64,000 nucleotides of DNA, from positions 2,432,001 to 2,496,000 of the forward strand of contig OY762654.1 in NCBI GenBank assembly GCA_963666205.1, read 5' to 3'. Both the position numbers and the translations under genes were made by a program. The DNA comes from Synergistales bacterium (lineage in GTDB: Bacteria; Synergistota; Synergistia; Synergistales; JAFGMB01). This document shows positions 1-11,030 of this stretch, piece by piece (within the stretch, counting starts at the first letter, position 1; each line of letters starts with the position of its first letter). The notes beneath the pieces are model-generated. The model saw nothing but the letters and a program-made list of their open reading frames with translations. It did no database searches and was not told the DNA's origin.

Positions 1-122
1 TTCCCTACGCCTTCAGCCTGCTTTAACAAACTTCAGAACTTTCACTCTGGTATCTTTAACGTGAATAGAACTTGTCTTTTCTTTTTAGCATTTAACAGCT
101 ATAATGCCACAACTGCCGTATA

Positions 123-836
123 ATGAAACACAACTTATGCTTCAATTCTGGAGGACAATTAATGGCATCAATGAATTACTGGGACCACAACGTAGATCTG
201 AGGATCGTTTCATGGTTCCCCCTGGGCAGAGACTACAAGCCTGTTTCCATAAATGCATATCACAGTAATGTTCTGGAGAACATTGCCAGCCTGTCTCTTG
301 ACCTGGACAGTGAGCTGTTCTGTCTCACAAGTCTTAAAAGCGGTTATGTCGGTTCTCTCCTGAGGGATAACATGCTTATTCCTGGTAAGGATATAAAGGT
401 TGACCTGGGTTTTACCATGGTTTTCGGTTACTCACATAAAATGGAATCCCTTCTTTTCAGCCTGCTGAAGGGAATCCAGGGTATAAATGGAGGCATTACG
501 ACATGTACGTTGTGGAATAATGATCTCTTCCTCGACAGTTTTAAATCAATAATACTTGTTAGTACAAATCCCCTGTTCGATGAAGAAAGTTTCTTTACTC
601 TTCTTGTAAAGGCTATGAAAATCGTCTCTGATGCAAGTTCATCCATGACCTATTTTGCAGAAAAATTCGGTTACACCAGGTTCTTCATACCCTTTGAAAC
701 TGACAATCCTACCAGTCTTCAGATATCCCGTTACCTCTATGAGATGGAATTTGAGGAAACTCGAAAAACAGTAGGACCTTCACCGGAGAGATCCCTCCCT
801 GAAGTAATTGGCCTTATGCTCAAGGAGGAGGAATAG
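123..836 (+). CDS. hypothetical protein
   Basis: 237-aa open frame; no recognisable motif; start uncertain (ATG at 162 has a GGAGG upstream). Confidence 0.5.
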   Translation: MKHNLCFNSGGQLMASMNYWDHNVDLRIVSWFPLGRDYKPVSINAYHSNVLENIASLSLDLDSELFCLTSLKSGYVGSLLRDNMLIPGKDIKVDLGFTMVFGYSHKMESLLFSLLKGIQGINGGITTCTLWNNDLFLDSFKSIILVSTNPLFDEESFFTLLVKAMKIVSDASSSMTYFAEKFGYTRFFIPFETDNPTSLQISRYLYEMEFEETRKTVGPSPERSLPEVIGLMLKEEE

Positions 837-1296
837 GGTCAGCAAGGAGTATATTAAAATTAAGTTTAAAAAATGTGTCCTGTGAAGGGATTTTACCTCA
901 GTGGAATTCAATTCAGGTACAGATCTGGCAGGGAGTTAAGGTTATTATCCTGGTTTTCCGGTTTCATGGAACGGGGTAACCTTTTACCTTACTACCCATC
1001 CCATCACAGGTTTGTACCAGGATTATTCCATCCAGGCCTCCAGGATCGATCAATTGCCATCATCATGGAGTTAACATAGTTCACCTCCCTTTTTTTTTTG
1101 ACATCTTTATTGCAGGGCGTGCAATTTTATGGTTATTCCTGTACAATATCCTTTTGTTGCATAAACTGCCAAAAAGAGTTATCCTATTCTAACACTCCGC
1201 AGTATGCAGTCTGAATTTCTATCCAAACATTCAATATTTGAGATTAAGGGTCAAAAATTCAACGCTAGTCTAAAAACTGGAGGGAAATTACTGCCT

Positions 1297-2442
1297 ATGG
1301 ATATCAAGGACGATAATAACACCCAGCAACTTGATGCCAGGGAATTTTCCAATGAAGATCTCATAGGTTACATGGACAAGATCCGTGAACTTATCCATGA
1401 GGGACGGGAAAAGGGTTTTGTAAGCCAGAAGGATATTGAAAAATTTATTCCCATTGAGATCTGGAGTACGGAGATCCTCGAAAATGTGGTTACAAACCTT
1501 ATGGAACTGGGAATAAGGGTCGTAGAGGAAGAGAAGGAAGAAGAGGTTGTAAGCGGAGAAGCTTCCCTTGTCGAAACAGTGGAAGATTCGGAACTTGGAA
1601 AGCTTGACGATATTCCGCTCACAGACCCTGTACGAATGTACCTGAGAGAGATAGGTAAAGTACCTCTTCTGAGCCCGGCTCAGGAGGTGGAACTGGCCAA
1701 GAGAGTTGAGGCAGGGGATCCCCTTGCCAAAAAGAAGATAGTCGATGCCAACCTCCGCCTTGTGGTAAGTATAGCCAAGAAATATATTGGTAGAGGAATG
1801 CTTTTCCTGGACCTGATCCAGGAGGGTAACCTTGGCCTTATCAGGGCAGTGGAAAAATTCGATTATCGCAAGGGATTCAAGTTCAGTACCTACGCAACCT
1901 GGTGGATACGCCAGGCCATAACCAGGGCCATAGCAGACCAGGCCAGGACTATAAGAGTTCCTGTTCACATGGTGGAGACCATCAACAAGATGGTAAGGAT
2001 CTCAAGACAGCTGGTCCAGCGTCTGGGCAGGGAACCCACAGATGATGAAATAGCAGCGGAAATGGAAATTGAGGAGGGCAAGGTGGAAGAGATCCGCCGT
2101 ATTGCCCAGCTCCCTGTTTCCCTGGAAACACCAATAGGAGAAGAGGAAGACAGTCAGCTAGGAGATTTCATTGAGGACAGAGATCTTCCGAGCCCTGAAG
2201 AGTCTGCAGCGGGTCATCTTCTGCGGGAGCAGATCGAGGAAATGCTTGGAGCTCTTTCAGAGAGGGAAAAGGAAGTCCTCCATTACCGCTTCGGACTGGA
2301 AGACGGACGTTCCTATACCCTGGAAGAAGTGGGTAAACGTTTCGGTGTAACCCGTGAACGAATACGCCAGATCGAGGCCAAGGCACTCAGGAAATTGCGC
2401 CATCCCAGCAGAAGCAAAAAACTGCGCGATTTCCTTGATTAA
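1297..2442 (+). CDS. rpoD: RNA polymerase primary sigma factor (sigma70/SigA)
   Basis: [51 protein letters not shown], region 4 [27 protein letters not shown]; start moved to ATG 1297 after GGAGGG. Confidence 0.97.
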   Translation: MDIKDDNNTQQLDAREFSNEDLIGYMDKIRELIHEGREKGFVSQKDIEKFIPIEIWSTEILENVVTNLMELGIRVVEEEKEEEVVSGEASLVETVEDSELGKLDDIPLTDPVRMYLREIGKVPLLSPAQEVELAKRVEAGDPLAKKKIVDANLRLVVSIAKKYIGRGMLFLDLIQEGNLGLIRAVEKFDYRKGFKFSTYATWWIRQAITRAIADQARTIRVPVHMVETINKMVRISRQLVQRLGREPTDDEIAAEMEIEEGKVEEIRRIAQLPVSLETPIGEEEDSQLGDFIEDRDLPSPEESAAGHLLREQIEEMLGALSEREKEVLHYRFGLEDGRSYTLEEVGKRFGVTRERIRQIEAKALRKLRHPSRSKKLRDFLD

Positions 2443-2458
2443 AAATAACAATACATAG

Positions 2459-2482
2459 AGGGGAGGCCGGCAGGCCTCCCCT
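2459..2482. terminator. hairpin between convergent rpoD and transporter
   Basis: AGGGGAGGCC-GGCA-GGCCTCCCCT inverted repeat. Confidence 0.7.
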
Positions 2483-2502
2483 TGTTATAACAGAATTTTT
2501 CT

Positions 2503-2524
2503 ATAGGATGCGCTTCAGCGCATC
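2503..2524 (+). repeat. REP palindrome (ATAG-type), dispersed copy
   Basis: ATAG-GATGCGCT-TC-AGCGCATC, identical to copies flanking the RAYT at 26 kb. Confidence 0.9.
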
Positions 2525-2531
2525 AAAAAAC

Positions 2532-3713
2532 TTACATCGATACCATGGCCAGGATCTTTGTAAAGGTCACCATACAGATTATAGCTACCGGGTATGTCGC
2601 CCCGTACCCGGCTCCACATTCTTCCCCTCCTGTGGCATCAATAGCTGCTCCCAGCCCTGGAGTGCTTGTCATTGCTCCACATATGGCGCCTGCAAGAAGG
2701 ATCCAGTTTATTCTGAAGACGTACCTTCCGATAAAGAACCCCGCCAGCTCTGCTCCCAGTGCTGCCAGAAGACCTATGGCCATTATTGCCAGACCATTCT
2801 CACTCAGTGCTTCCAGAACTTTAGGTCCGGCCATCAGACCCACCACGGCGAGGAAGTAGGCAAGAGATAGGGAACGGAGGGCAGAAAGGGTACGGTGATC
2901 CATTCTCATCGGAAAGGGACCAAGTCTTCCCATGGAACCGAAAACCAGGGCGATTATCAGAGCTCCGCCGGTTGTCCCCAGGGAAAGTTTTCCGAGACCG
3001 GGAAGATTAACTGATATTTTCCCGAAGGCTACTCCGCAGACTATGCATATTACGAAGGATAAAAGGGAAAAAGAGAGGGATTCTCTTTTGGATTCTCCAC
3101 CCTCATCTGAAACCGGGTGGAAAGACCTTTTCAGTTCCTCCCTTTCCTTCTCAAGGTCGAAATGGAAAAGAGAAGGAGCCAGTTGAACGAAAAGTACAAC
3201 AGCTATTACGCCAAAGGGATAGGCAATGGTGTACCCGATGGTTACAAGAGGATTTCCTCCCGTTGTTTCCAGGGCTGCGCCAAGGCCTGGCGAACTGGTG
3301 AGTGCTCCAGTGTATGATCCTGCAACAAGAAGGGGATCGATACCTCCGCTTGAGGCCAGTATACTGCCAAGGAAAAAGGTTATAAGGGCACCCACGGAGG
3401 TGACCACAATTCCCAGGATTATGAACTTTGCGCCGTAGTGTTTTACCACGGTCACTATATCCTCAGATGCCAGAAGTCCTACTGCGACGACAAAGATAAC
3501 AAGATTCCATGTGAAGTAGGCATAGGGGACAGTAAAACCCATAAGTCCCAGAGCCAGGCCAGTGAAAAGGGCTCCTGATGTTCCTAGACCTATTCCACTG
3601 ATCCTTATCCTGCCTATCATGAGTCCGGATGCAACAGCCAGGCTCATTAGAAAAATATGATTCTCGAACAGTTCTGCGATGTAATCCAAAATGCTTCCCC
3701 CGTTTATTATCAT
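2532..3713 (-). CDS. AspT/YidE/YbjL-family membrane transporter
   Basis: duplicated hydrophobic domain with GALTSSPGLGAA / GAMTSTPGLGAA and GYTIAYPF / GYGATYP motifs. Confidence 0.85.
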   Translation of the reverse strand: MIINGGSILDYIAELFENHIFLMSLAVASGLMIGRIRISGIGLGTSGALFTGLALGLMGFTVPYAYFTWNLVIFVVAVGLLASEDIVTVVKHYGAKFIILGIVVTSVGALITFFLGSILASSGGIDPLLVAGSYTGALTSSPGLGAALETTGGNPLVTIGYTIAYPFGVIAVVLFVQLAPSLFHFDLEKEREELKRSFHPVSDEGGESKRESLSFSLLSFVICIVCGVAFGKISVNLPGLGKLSLGTTGGALIIALVFGSMGRLGPFPMRMDHRTLSALRSLSLAYFLAVVGLMAGPKVLEALSENGLAIMAIGLLAALGAELAGFFIGRYVFRINWILLAGAICGAMTSTPGLGAAIDATGGEECGAGYGATYPVAIICMVTFTKILAMVSM

Positions 3714-3966
3714 ATAGGTGACATTATATAGCAGTTAACCACCATATCTCCATAGTCATACAATTCCAGCAGCCTGAACTTTCTGTTAAGATATCATTAT
3801 GACAGAGTTTTTGTGAAGTGTTTAATAGTATGGTTTTGAGTGCCTCTAAATACTGTGGAAATAAGACTTGCTTCTGCGCGATTTAATGGCAATATAATTA
3901 ATATATGAAAGATCCGTTCATCAGGACAATGACAGTATCTTACTGTCTGGTCGGCTCCAGTTTTGT

Positions 3967-3988
3967 ATAGGATGCGCTTCAGCGCAAC
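3967..3988 (+). repeat. REP palindrome (ATAG-type), dispersed copy
   Basis: ATAGGATGCGCTTCAGCGCAAC, one mismatch to consensus. Confidence 0.88.
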
Positions 3989-4086
3989 AAAAAAGACCAA
4001 TTTTAATGTTTTTCCCAAAATAGCACATCCAAAATTAAGTTGTTTTTGTGATGGCAAAATTACCTGTTTTTTTTCGAGGTGGTTAA

Positions 4087-5112
4087 ATGTCTACTTATTC
4101 AGAAATTCAGGAGAAACTCAGATCCATGCCCCGTAAATGGCTGGTAACCGGTGCTGCCGGTTTCATTGGTTCTAACATCGTTGGAAAACTCCTCGAACTT
4201 GACCAGACAGTTGCAGGAATTGATAACCTTTCCAGTGGATACAGAAAGAATATCGACCAGGTGCTGGACTGTATTACCTCCGAACAGGCAGCCCGCTTTA
4301 CCTTCATTCAAGGCGATATAACCGATCTGAAAACCTGTGCATCCGCATGTAAGGATATTGAAAATGTCCTTCATCACGCAGCCCAGGTAAGTGTTCCAGC
4401 CTCCGTCGAAGACCCTTTATACAACAATAGAGTCAATGTTGATGGCTTCCTGAATATCCTTGCCTCCTCAAAAGATAGCGGGGTAAAAAGGGTGGTATAT
4501 GCATCTTCAAGCGCCGTTTACGGAAATGACCCGGAACTTCCAAAACACGAAGAAATGAAATGTAATCCCATTTCCCCTTATGGACTCACAAAACTTATGG
4601 ATGAAATGTACGCACGTTTCTTTTTCGAAAGCTGTGGACTGGAAACAGTTGGCCTCCGTTATTTTAATGTCTTTGGCCCGAGGCAGGACCCCGATGGAGC
4701 CTATGCCGCGGTAATTCCCAAATGGATCTCGGCATTTATGGATGGGAAACAGCCCGTAATATACGGAGATGGAGAACAGACCCGTGACTTCTGTTATGTG
4801 GAAAACGTAGTGCAGGCCAATATCCTGGCTGCCTGTTCAGAGAATGGAGAAGCAGGAGGAAATGTCTTTAATGTTGCCTGTGAAAGGTCTATGGATCTTA
4901 ACGAACTCTTCGTTCTCATAAAGGAACATCTATCTTTGAGAGATCCGGATTTCGAAGCTGTAATGCCCAGGTATCTTCCACCAAGGACAGGTGATATAAA
5001 ACACTCCTGGGCAAGTATCGAAAAGATCCGGGAATATCTTGGATACGAGCCTGTCCATTCAGTATCAGAAGGCCTTGCAGCGGCACTGGACTGGTATATG
5101 ACAAATCTGTAA
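4087..5112 (+). CDS. NAD-dependent UDP-GlcNAc(A) 4-epimerase, WbpP/TviC-like
   Basis: WLVTGAAGFIGS, YxxxK (YGLTK), GLRYFNVFGPRQDPDGAYAAVIPKW. Confidence 0.88.
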   Translation: MSTYSEIQEKLRSMPRKWLVTGAAGFIGSNIVGKLLELDQTVAGIDNLSSGYRKNIDQVLDCITSEQAARFTFIQGDITDLKTCASACKDIENVLHHAAQVSVPASVEDPLYNNRVNVDGFLNILASSKDSGVKRVVYASSSAVYGNDPELPKHEEMKCNPISPYGLTKLMDEMYARFFFESCGLETVGLRYFNVFGPRQDPDGAYAAVIPKWISAFMDGKQPVIYGDGEQTRDFCYVENVVQANILAACSENGEAGGNVFNVACERSMDLNELFVLIKEHLSLRDPDFEAVMPRYLPPRTGDIKHSWASIEKIREYLGYEPVHSVSEGLAAALDWYMTNL

Positions 5113-5197
5113 CAACAAATAGATCTGTACGAAAAAATATTTCCTGGTATAAGCTTCCATGTGAAGTTATTACAGGAACAGCAGGAGGTCCTGATAG

Positions 5198-6175
5198 ATG
5201 ATCCTGGTAACAGGAGGAGCTGGATACATAGGAAGCCACGTTGTTCTCGAACTTGTAAGAACAGGAAAGGAAGTTATCGTTTTAGATAACCTGAGCCGGG
5301 GCCATAAAGAACTTGCCTTCGGAGATGTTTTTGAGGAGGGGGACCTGCAGAATTTTTCATTCGTAGATCAAGTATTTAAAAAATATAATGTCGAAGCAGT
5401 TGTCCATTTTGCCGCCAGCAGCCTGGTCGGTGAATCCATGACAAGCCCCGAAGATTATTATTACAACAATATCTTTGGATCCCTCAATCTCCTTCGGGCC
5501 ATGCGTATGAACGATGTGCACCGAATAGTCTTTTCATCTACTGCAGCGGTCTATGGAGAACCCGAAAATATCCCCATTTCAGAATCGGAAGAACTGATCC
5601 CGACAAATGTTTATGGAGAAACCAAGCTCTTCATAGAAAGCATGCTTGAAAGATACAGTCATGCCTATGGTTTGAATAGTATAGCTTTTCGGTATTTCAA
5701 TGCTGCGGGCGCGGATGCTGAAGGAAGAACAGGAGAGGACCATATCCCGGAAACACATCTTATCCCCATTATCCTGGATGTAGCTCTGGGCAAACGAGAG
5801 AACATTACTGTCTTTGGAAATGACTATTCCACTTCCGATGGGACCTGTATAAGGGATTACATTCATGTTACTGACCTTGCCAGTGCCCATGTCCTTGGTC
5901 TTGAAAAACTGCTTTCAGGACAACAGGGGAGGAACAGTTATAACCTGGGTAACGGAAAGGGGTATTCCGTATTCCAGATCATAGAAAGTGTCAGAGAGGT
6001 TACTCAAAAGAAAATTCCAGTAGTGGAAGGGAAAAGAAGGCAGGGAGATCCGGCAGTTCTTGTTGCATCATCAGCAAAGGCTGAAAGTCAACTTGGCTGG
6101 GTCCAGAAACATACCGACATAAAGGAGATCGTCTCCACCGCCTGGAACTGGCATCAGAGACGTTTTTCTAAGTGA
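5198..6175 (+). CDS. galE: UDP-glucose 4-epimerase
   Basis: ILVTGGAGYIGSH, FSSTAAVYG, RYFNAAGA, GEDHxPETHLIP, DGTCIRDYIHV. Confidence 0.93.
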   Translation: MILVTGGAGYIGSHVVLELVRTGKEVIVLDNLSRGHKELAFGDVFEEGDLQNFSFVDQVFKKYNVEAVVHFAASSLVGESMTSPEDYYYNNIFGSLNLLRAMRMNDVHRIVFSSTAAVYGEPENIPISESEELIPTNVYGETKLFIESMLERYSHAYGLNSIAFRYFNAAGADAEGRTGEDHIPETHLIPIILDVALGKRENITVFGNDYSTSDGTCIRDYIHVTDLASAHVLGLEKLLSGQQGRNSYNLGNGKGYSVFQIIESVREVTQKKIPVVEGKRRQGDPAVLVASSAKAESQLGWVQKHTDIKEIVSTAWNWHQRRFSK

Positions 6176-6319
6176 TTTACGTGAAAATGGTGTAAATATT
6201 CATAGCCAGGGAAATCATCATGCATGAGCAGGTATTAATACAGGATGGGTTTACACCCATCCTGTATGTTTTTAAATGTCCAATAGTCCGCCCGGATCTG
6301 TTCAGGACTGTCAAAGACA

Positions 6320-7873
6320 CTAATCGCCCTTCTTTTTCAATCCCTTCATCCATTCGATACGGTAAAGATCCTGTCTTCTGCTCTGCAGGTTCCGTACGCT
6401 TCCTGTCTGCCTGAGCTCCTTTATAAGGTTGACGTCCAGATCCGCGATAAGGGTCATTTCCGTATTTGGTGTTGCTTCCGCGGCAATGGCATCATGGGGA
6501 AAGGCAAAATCAGAAGGAGTGAATACCGCAGCCTGGGAATACTGAATATCCATGTTCTCGACTTTGGGTATGTTCCCCACGCTTCCACCGATGGCGACGT
6601 AACATTCATTCTCTATTGCTCTTGCCTGGGAACACCGCCTTATCCGCAGGTAAGCATTTTTGGTATCAGTCCAGAAGGGGATAAAGAGTATGTTCATTCC
6701 CTGTTCGGCCAGATAGCGGGGAAGTTCAGGAAACTCCACGTCGTAACATATAAGGATGCCGATCTTTCCCACATCTGTATCGAAAACCTTCAGCTGATCT
6801 CCTCCCTGCAGACCCCAGAATTTGTATTCATCAGGAGTTATATGCAGTTTGTACTGCTGGTCCCATGTTCCGTTCCTCCGGAGAAGAAAGCAGACATTGT
6901 GGAGTTTGTTATCCTTGTATTCCGGAACGCTACCTGAAATGATATTTATGTTATAGCTTACCGCCATCTTGAGAAGTTCCTCTCGAAGACTGTCAGTATG
7001 TTCAGCCAGCGATCTCATGGCTTCTGCCGCATCCTCCTGGTCGTAATGGGCTATCAGGGGCAGGTTGAATAGTTCAGGGAACATTACAACATCTGCGTTA
7101 TAGCTGGCCAGAACATCTACAAAGAATTCAACCTGGTGAAGAAATTCCTCAAAGGAATCAAAAAGTCTCATCTGCCACTGCACTATACCTATCCTTGCGT
7201 AGGTCTTGACCCTGGGAATAAGCCTTTTCTTTTCCTCGTAGTAAATGTTATTCCATTCAAGGATCACTCCCACTCCCCTTGACTCTTTATCTGCCGGCCA
7301 GTAATTCCTTGCGACCTTCTTGAAATGAAAATCATTGCTCAGCTGAAAGGTAAGGACCGGATCATTTATCTCCCGGTTCTTCACCTGGAGGATGTATTGC
7401 CTGGGAGTCATTTCTTCTGCATATTCCGAATAACCCGGTATTCGTCCTCCTATGATGATACCCTTGAGGTTCAAATTCTCTGAAAGTTCTTTCCGGGCGT
7501 CATAAAGACGTCTGCCCAGCCGCATTTCCCGGTAATCAGGATCGACGAATATGTCTATCCCGTAAAGAAAATCCCCGTCGGGATCGTGGTTCTTTAGCAT
7601 TCCGTCACCAACGATCTGGCGGTAAGTATGATTATCACCATAACTTGCGTAATCAATAATGAGGCTCAGAGCTGCTGCAGCAACCCTTCCACGATCATCT
7701 ATACATATCTGTCCAGCCGGAAAGCGGCGGATCATGGAATTGAACTGTTCCTGAGTCCAGGCTCCTCCCATGGAACCGTAGACCTTGTCCATTATCCTCT
7801 TTACATCCTCGTAATCCCCTTTTCTCAAGGGTCTCAGGTTTAAGAGGTATTCGTCCTGTATCCTGTCTGTCAT
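6320..7873 (-). CDS. GNAT acetyltransferase / carbon-nitrogen hydrolase (nitrilase family) fusion
   Basis: N-terminal GNAT (VDPDYREMRLGRRLY); C-terminal FPE, K(YKLH), ICYDVEFPE catalytic triad. Confidence 0.9.
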   Translation of the reverse strand: MTDRIQDEYLLNLRPLRKGDYEDVKRIMDKVYGSMGGAWTQEQFNSMIRRFPAGQICIDDRGRVAAAALSLIIDYASYGDNHTYRQIVGDGMLKNHDPDGDFLYGIDIFVDPDYREMRLGRRLYDARKELSENLNLKGIIIGGRIPGYSEYAEEMTPRQYILQVKNREINDPVLTFQLSNDFHFKKVARNYWPADKESRGVGVILEWNNIYYEEKKRLIPRVKTYARIGIVQWQMRLFDSFEEFLHQVEFFVDVLASYNADVVMFPELFNLPLIAHYDQEDAAEAMRSLAEHTDSLREELLKMAVSYNINIISGSVPEYKDNKLHNVCFLLRRNGTWDQQYKLHITPDEYKFWGLQGGDQLKVFDTDVGKIGILICYDVEFPELPRYLAEQGMNILFIPFWTDTKNAYLRIRRCSQARAIENECYVAIGGSVGNIPKVENMDIQYSQAAVFTPSDFAFPHDAIAAEATPNTEMTLIADLDVNLIKELRQTGSVRNLQSRRQDLYRIEWMKGLKKKGD

Positions 7874-8028
7874 TTCTCTATCACTCCCTTAAAACAGAGC
7901 AAATAAATATTCGTTTCCAGAAATTGTATCATTCAGCTCAAAACACTACCCATGTTCGTAAGATATATAACCTTGAATTGATCTTAGTAGAATAGGCTTA
8001 AGCCCATCTCTATCAAGCCCAGTTAAAA

Positions 8029-8050
8029 ATAGGATGTGCTTCAGCGCATC
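8029..8050 (+). repeat. REP palindrome (ATAG-type), dispersed copy
   Basis: ATAGGATGTGCTTCAGCGCATC (G.T wobble variant). Confidence 0.88.
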
Positions 8051-8150
8051 GTCGGGAAACTTTGCGACTTGGCAGTGAAAGTGGTTTATGGGGCTCAATC
8101 TGCCTTCGGGTTTCAATCCAAAATCCAAAATTGGCGATCGAAAATTGATC

Positions 8151-10154
8151 TTACCATCCACCGCCGCCTCCACCACCGCCTCCACCGCCGGAGGAACCAC
8201 CTCCGCCGAAGGCGGAACTCGACCCCGGAGGTGTTGATGCAGAACTGATCGCTCCCGAAAGCCCATGGCTAAGGCTCGAGGCAAAACTGTCCGAACCATA
8301 GAAAAAATAAGGTCCTGGTCCAACGTACCATCCAGGCTGGTAATTCGAAACTTCCAGGACATGGGAGAACCTCTCTGCCCATTGTTTTTCCACATCCAGG
8401 GCAATGGCATAGGGCAGCATCTTTTCGAACTGTTCTGGTGTATCCTCGGGCATATCCACCTGGGCAAAGCGTTTGATCCGCTCCCTTTCGGCAGTCCTGA
8501 GATACATCTCGAATCCTTCGAGCTTATCCATTATTGTTCGCCCTATGGGGGTGTAATTCTTCATCCACCTGGCGAAAAGTACATTCAGAACCAGGGCTGC
8601 TATCATGGCCAGGGCAAAATAGATCGAAGTCGATCTTGCCATGATACCCATACCTGCCACCTGACCGAAAATAAAGGGAATGGAAAAAGCTCCCATAAAT
8701 ATGCCCCTGAAGATGGCGCTTCCCTTGTTTTTCTGAAAACCCTCTCTCAATGCCTTGTACACTCCATAAACAAGTGCTGAAACTCCCACTGTCCACATGC
8801 TCAGCCATGCTGTCATGAATCCGAAGGCCGCTATGTTCCCTCCCGAGTTTGCCAGGAAAAGACCGGCTCCGCCCATGATCAGGATGGTAAGAGCTATTCC
8901 GGTTACTACGTAGGGAATATTCTTCTTAACCAGGGGCAGGCAGTAACCTTTCAGGTCACCTACAAGGAATTTCTTTGCTTCTCTCAGAGCTTCCCGGCTC
9001 GACTGGTTGATCACCAGGGTATTCCCATAGGGGAAGAGCAGGCTCAGAAAACTGCCTTCCATCATGTTAAGACCCTCACCCTTCTCGGTTCTTTTAAGAA
9101 TGTAGGTCTTGTCGGTTATCCTTGACCTGAACCGTTTCAGACTGCCCAGATGCCCATTTGCAAAAGTCCCTTCGTTGTAGTAAGAAAAGGCGCTGCCCAG
9201 TTCTTCAATAACCAGGTAACCCCGAACTGCCAGATCTATTATGGTGGATGTGAAAGCCTCGTCGGCATAGCCCTGGTTAACAAGAAAAGAGGCAGTAGCG
9301 GGGTTAACTTTCTCAGGAGGATAGAACAGGGGAATGATCCGTCCCGGCCGGAGGTCCTTGCCGTGGAGGAACCACACCGTAAGGTAATAGGCAAGAACAA
9401 GTATTATGGCCAGGATAGGTACATACCTTCCCACCAGTGCCATGTATTTGCCCCTGTTCATTGCCTTGTAATAACTCTCATCAGGGATCACATATCCCTT
9501 GGGCCATGCGGCAGCGATGGTAAAACCTTCTCCGGGCAAAAGGATCCTTGTGGTACTGAACTCGGCCCTGTTTCCATCAAAAGCTCCGGTACCGGCCCTT
9601 TCCTTTGAGCCCATTCTGCCGGTGAACCAGATTATATTCTGCAGGGGAGTTCCTTCAGGAAGAGAAATAGAAGCTGAAGCCTTTTCAATGGGAAACTTCC
9701 ATCCGTTGCCTGTAACGTTCCAGTAGAGTTCATCGTGGTCTTCAAAAAAGCCCAGCTGACCGGTGGTTTCATAGGTAATGGAATAGGTATGGCTGCCTCT
9801 GGGCACGATGGTGTCAGCATCTCCTATCCTTATTCGCACCCCGTTCTGCTGGTTCGTGACTTTGTATGCGACGGCAACCCCGTCGAGGTAGACATCAAAA
9901 ACCCTGAAACCCACCTTGACCGTATTGCCGTCCCGATCTTTGTAAGTAGTGGGAAAGTCGCGATAGATGCCATGGGTTATATTGACGTTCTCAACATTAA
10001 CGGTTATATCCTCTGTAACCGTCATTATCCCGCCCCTGTCAACCTGGATACTGCTATGGAAGGAACGGATAACCTCCATTCCCTGAGACAGGGAGGGGAG
10101 GAAAAGCAGGGCAAAAAATAATCCAAGGCAGATAAACAGCCGTTTATAATTCAT
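8151..10154 (-). CDS. DUF2207-family membrane protein
   Basis: signal peptide, DELYWNVTGNGW, FEKMLPYAIALDV, Gly-rich GGGGGGGGGGGW C-terminus; downstream of lemA. Confidence 0.88.
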   Translation of the reverse strand: MNYKRLFICLGLFFALLFLPSLSQGMEVIRSFHSSIQVDRGGIMTVTEDITVNVENVNITHGIYRDFPTTYKDRDGNTVKVGFRVFDVYLDGVAVAYKVTNQQNGVRIRIGDADTIVPRGSHTYSITYETTGQLGFFEDHDELYWNVTGNGWKFPIEKASASISLPEGTPLQNIIWFTGRMGSKERAGTGAFDGNRAEFSTTRILLPGEGFTIAAAWPKGYVIPDESYYKAMNRGKYMALVGRYVPILAIILVLAYYLTVWFLHGKDLRPGRIIPLFYPPEKVNPATASFLVNQGYADEAFTSTIIDLAVRGYLVIEELGSAFSYYNEGTFANGHLGSLKRFRSRITDKTYILKRTEKGEGLNMMEGSFLSLLFPYGNTLVINQSSREALREAKKFLVGDLKGYCLPLVKKNIPYVVTGIALTILIMGGAGLFLANSGGNIAAFGFMTAWLSMWTVGVSALVYGVYKALREGFQKNKGSAIFRGIFMGAFSIPFIFGQVAGMGIMARSTSIYFALAMIAALVLNVLFARWMKNYTPIGRTIMDKLEGFEMYLRTAERERIKRFAQVDMPEDTPEQFEKMLPYAIALDVEKQWAERFSHVLEVSNYQPGWYVGPGPYFFYGSDSFASSLSHGLSGAISSASTPPGSSSAFGGGGSSGGGGGGGGGGGW

Positions 10155-10170
10155 AAACCTGCCCCTGATA

Positions 10171-10722
10171 TTAAAATCGAACTTCCGGAACAGCGCGGGC
10201 TTCCTCTCCGGCCTCGAAATATTCCTTCTTTGTGAAACCGGCCATTCCGGCTATTACCGAATTGGGAAATACCTGTATGGTGTTGTTGTAATCCCGAACA
10301 GAACCGTTATAATAACGCCTTGCCATCTGTATCTCGCTCTCCAGGTCCGAAAGGGTCTGCTGAAGCTGGAGGAAGTTCGTATTGGCCTTCAGTTCAGGAT
10401 AGTTCTCTGCCACCGCAAAGAGGGTCTTCAATGCACCCGTCAGGGCATTTTCGGCAGTAGCCCTTTCCTGGACCGTTCCGGCACTTGTTGTACTTGCCCT
10501 TGCCTCTGTGACCTTCTCAAAGACATCCTTCTCGTGGGAGGCATATCCCTTCACAGTTTCAACAAGATTTCCCACAAGGTTGCTCCTTCGCTTGAGCTGA
10601 ACATCGATCCCGCTCCAGCCCTCCTCGGCCAGGTTCCTCATCCTGATCATCCGGTTGTAGATACCGATAAAGAAAAAAGCCGCCAAAGCAACTATCGCAA
10701 CAAATACAAGCAAAGCCAACAT
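10171..10722 (-). CDS. lemA: LemA family protein
   Basis: WSGIDVQLKRR, VAENYPELKA, RRYYN...FP; start ATG 10722 after GGAGGTG. Confidence 0.92.
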   Translation of the reverse strand: MLALLVFVAIVALAAFFFIGIYNRMIRMRNLAEEGWSGIDVQLKRRSNLVGNLVETVKGYASHEKDVFEKVTEARASTTSAGTVQERATAENALTGALKTLFAVAENYPELKANTNFLQLQQTLSDLESEIQMARRYYNGSVRDYNNTIQVFPNSVIAGMAGFTKKEYFEAGEEARAVPEVRF

Positions 10723-11030
10723 TTCGGGCACCTCCACAGACAGTATTTCTAATATTTATATCACGGATAGGGAAGGGTAGTACAGGTTTTACGAAACCTT
10801 CAAGGATAATATTTCTCTTTCGAACTTGTGCTTGGATCTAAACGAAAAAATAGCAACTCAGCAGACCCATTAAGCTATGAGAAGTATTGTAAGATCATAC
10901 ATAAAGAGGATTTTTCTTCATGATTATGGGTATTTGATGCAGAACGAGGAAATTGTACCCGTTACATGATAACATTATCAGTTGTACTCAACGAAAGTCC
11001 CGTATATTATTTTTCCTATGGAGGAAACTT

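Noticed and set aside
873-1079. 68-aa + strand ORF
   Set aside because: No clear SD or motif; likely spurious
1090-1126. T10 run plus TTGACA as a phase-variable rpoD promoter
   Set aside because: No good -10 hexamer at 17 bp and the run lies outside the spacer
8155-8215. CCACCG/CCTCCA repeats
   Set aside because: Simply encode the Gly-rich tail of the DUF2207 protein
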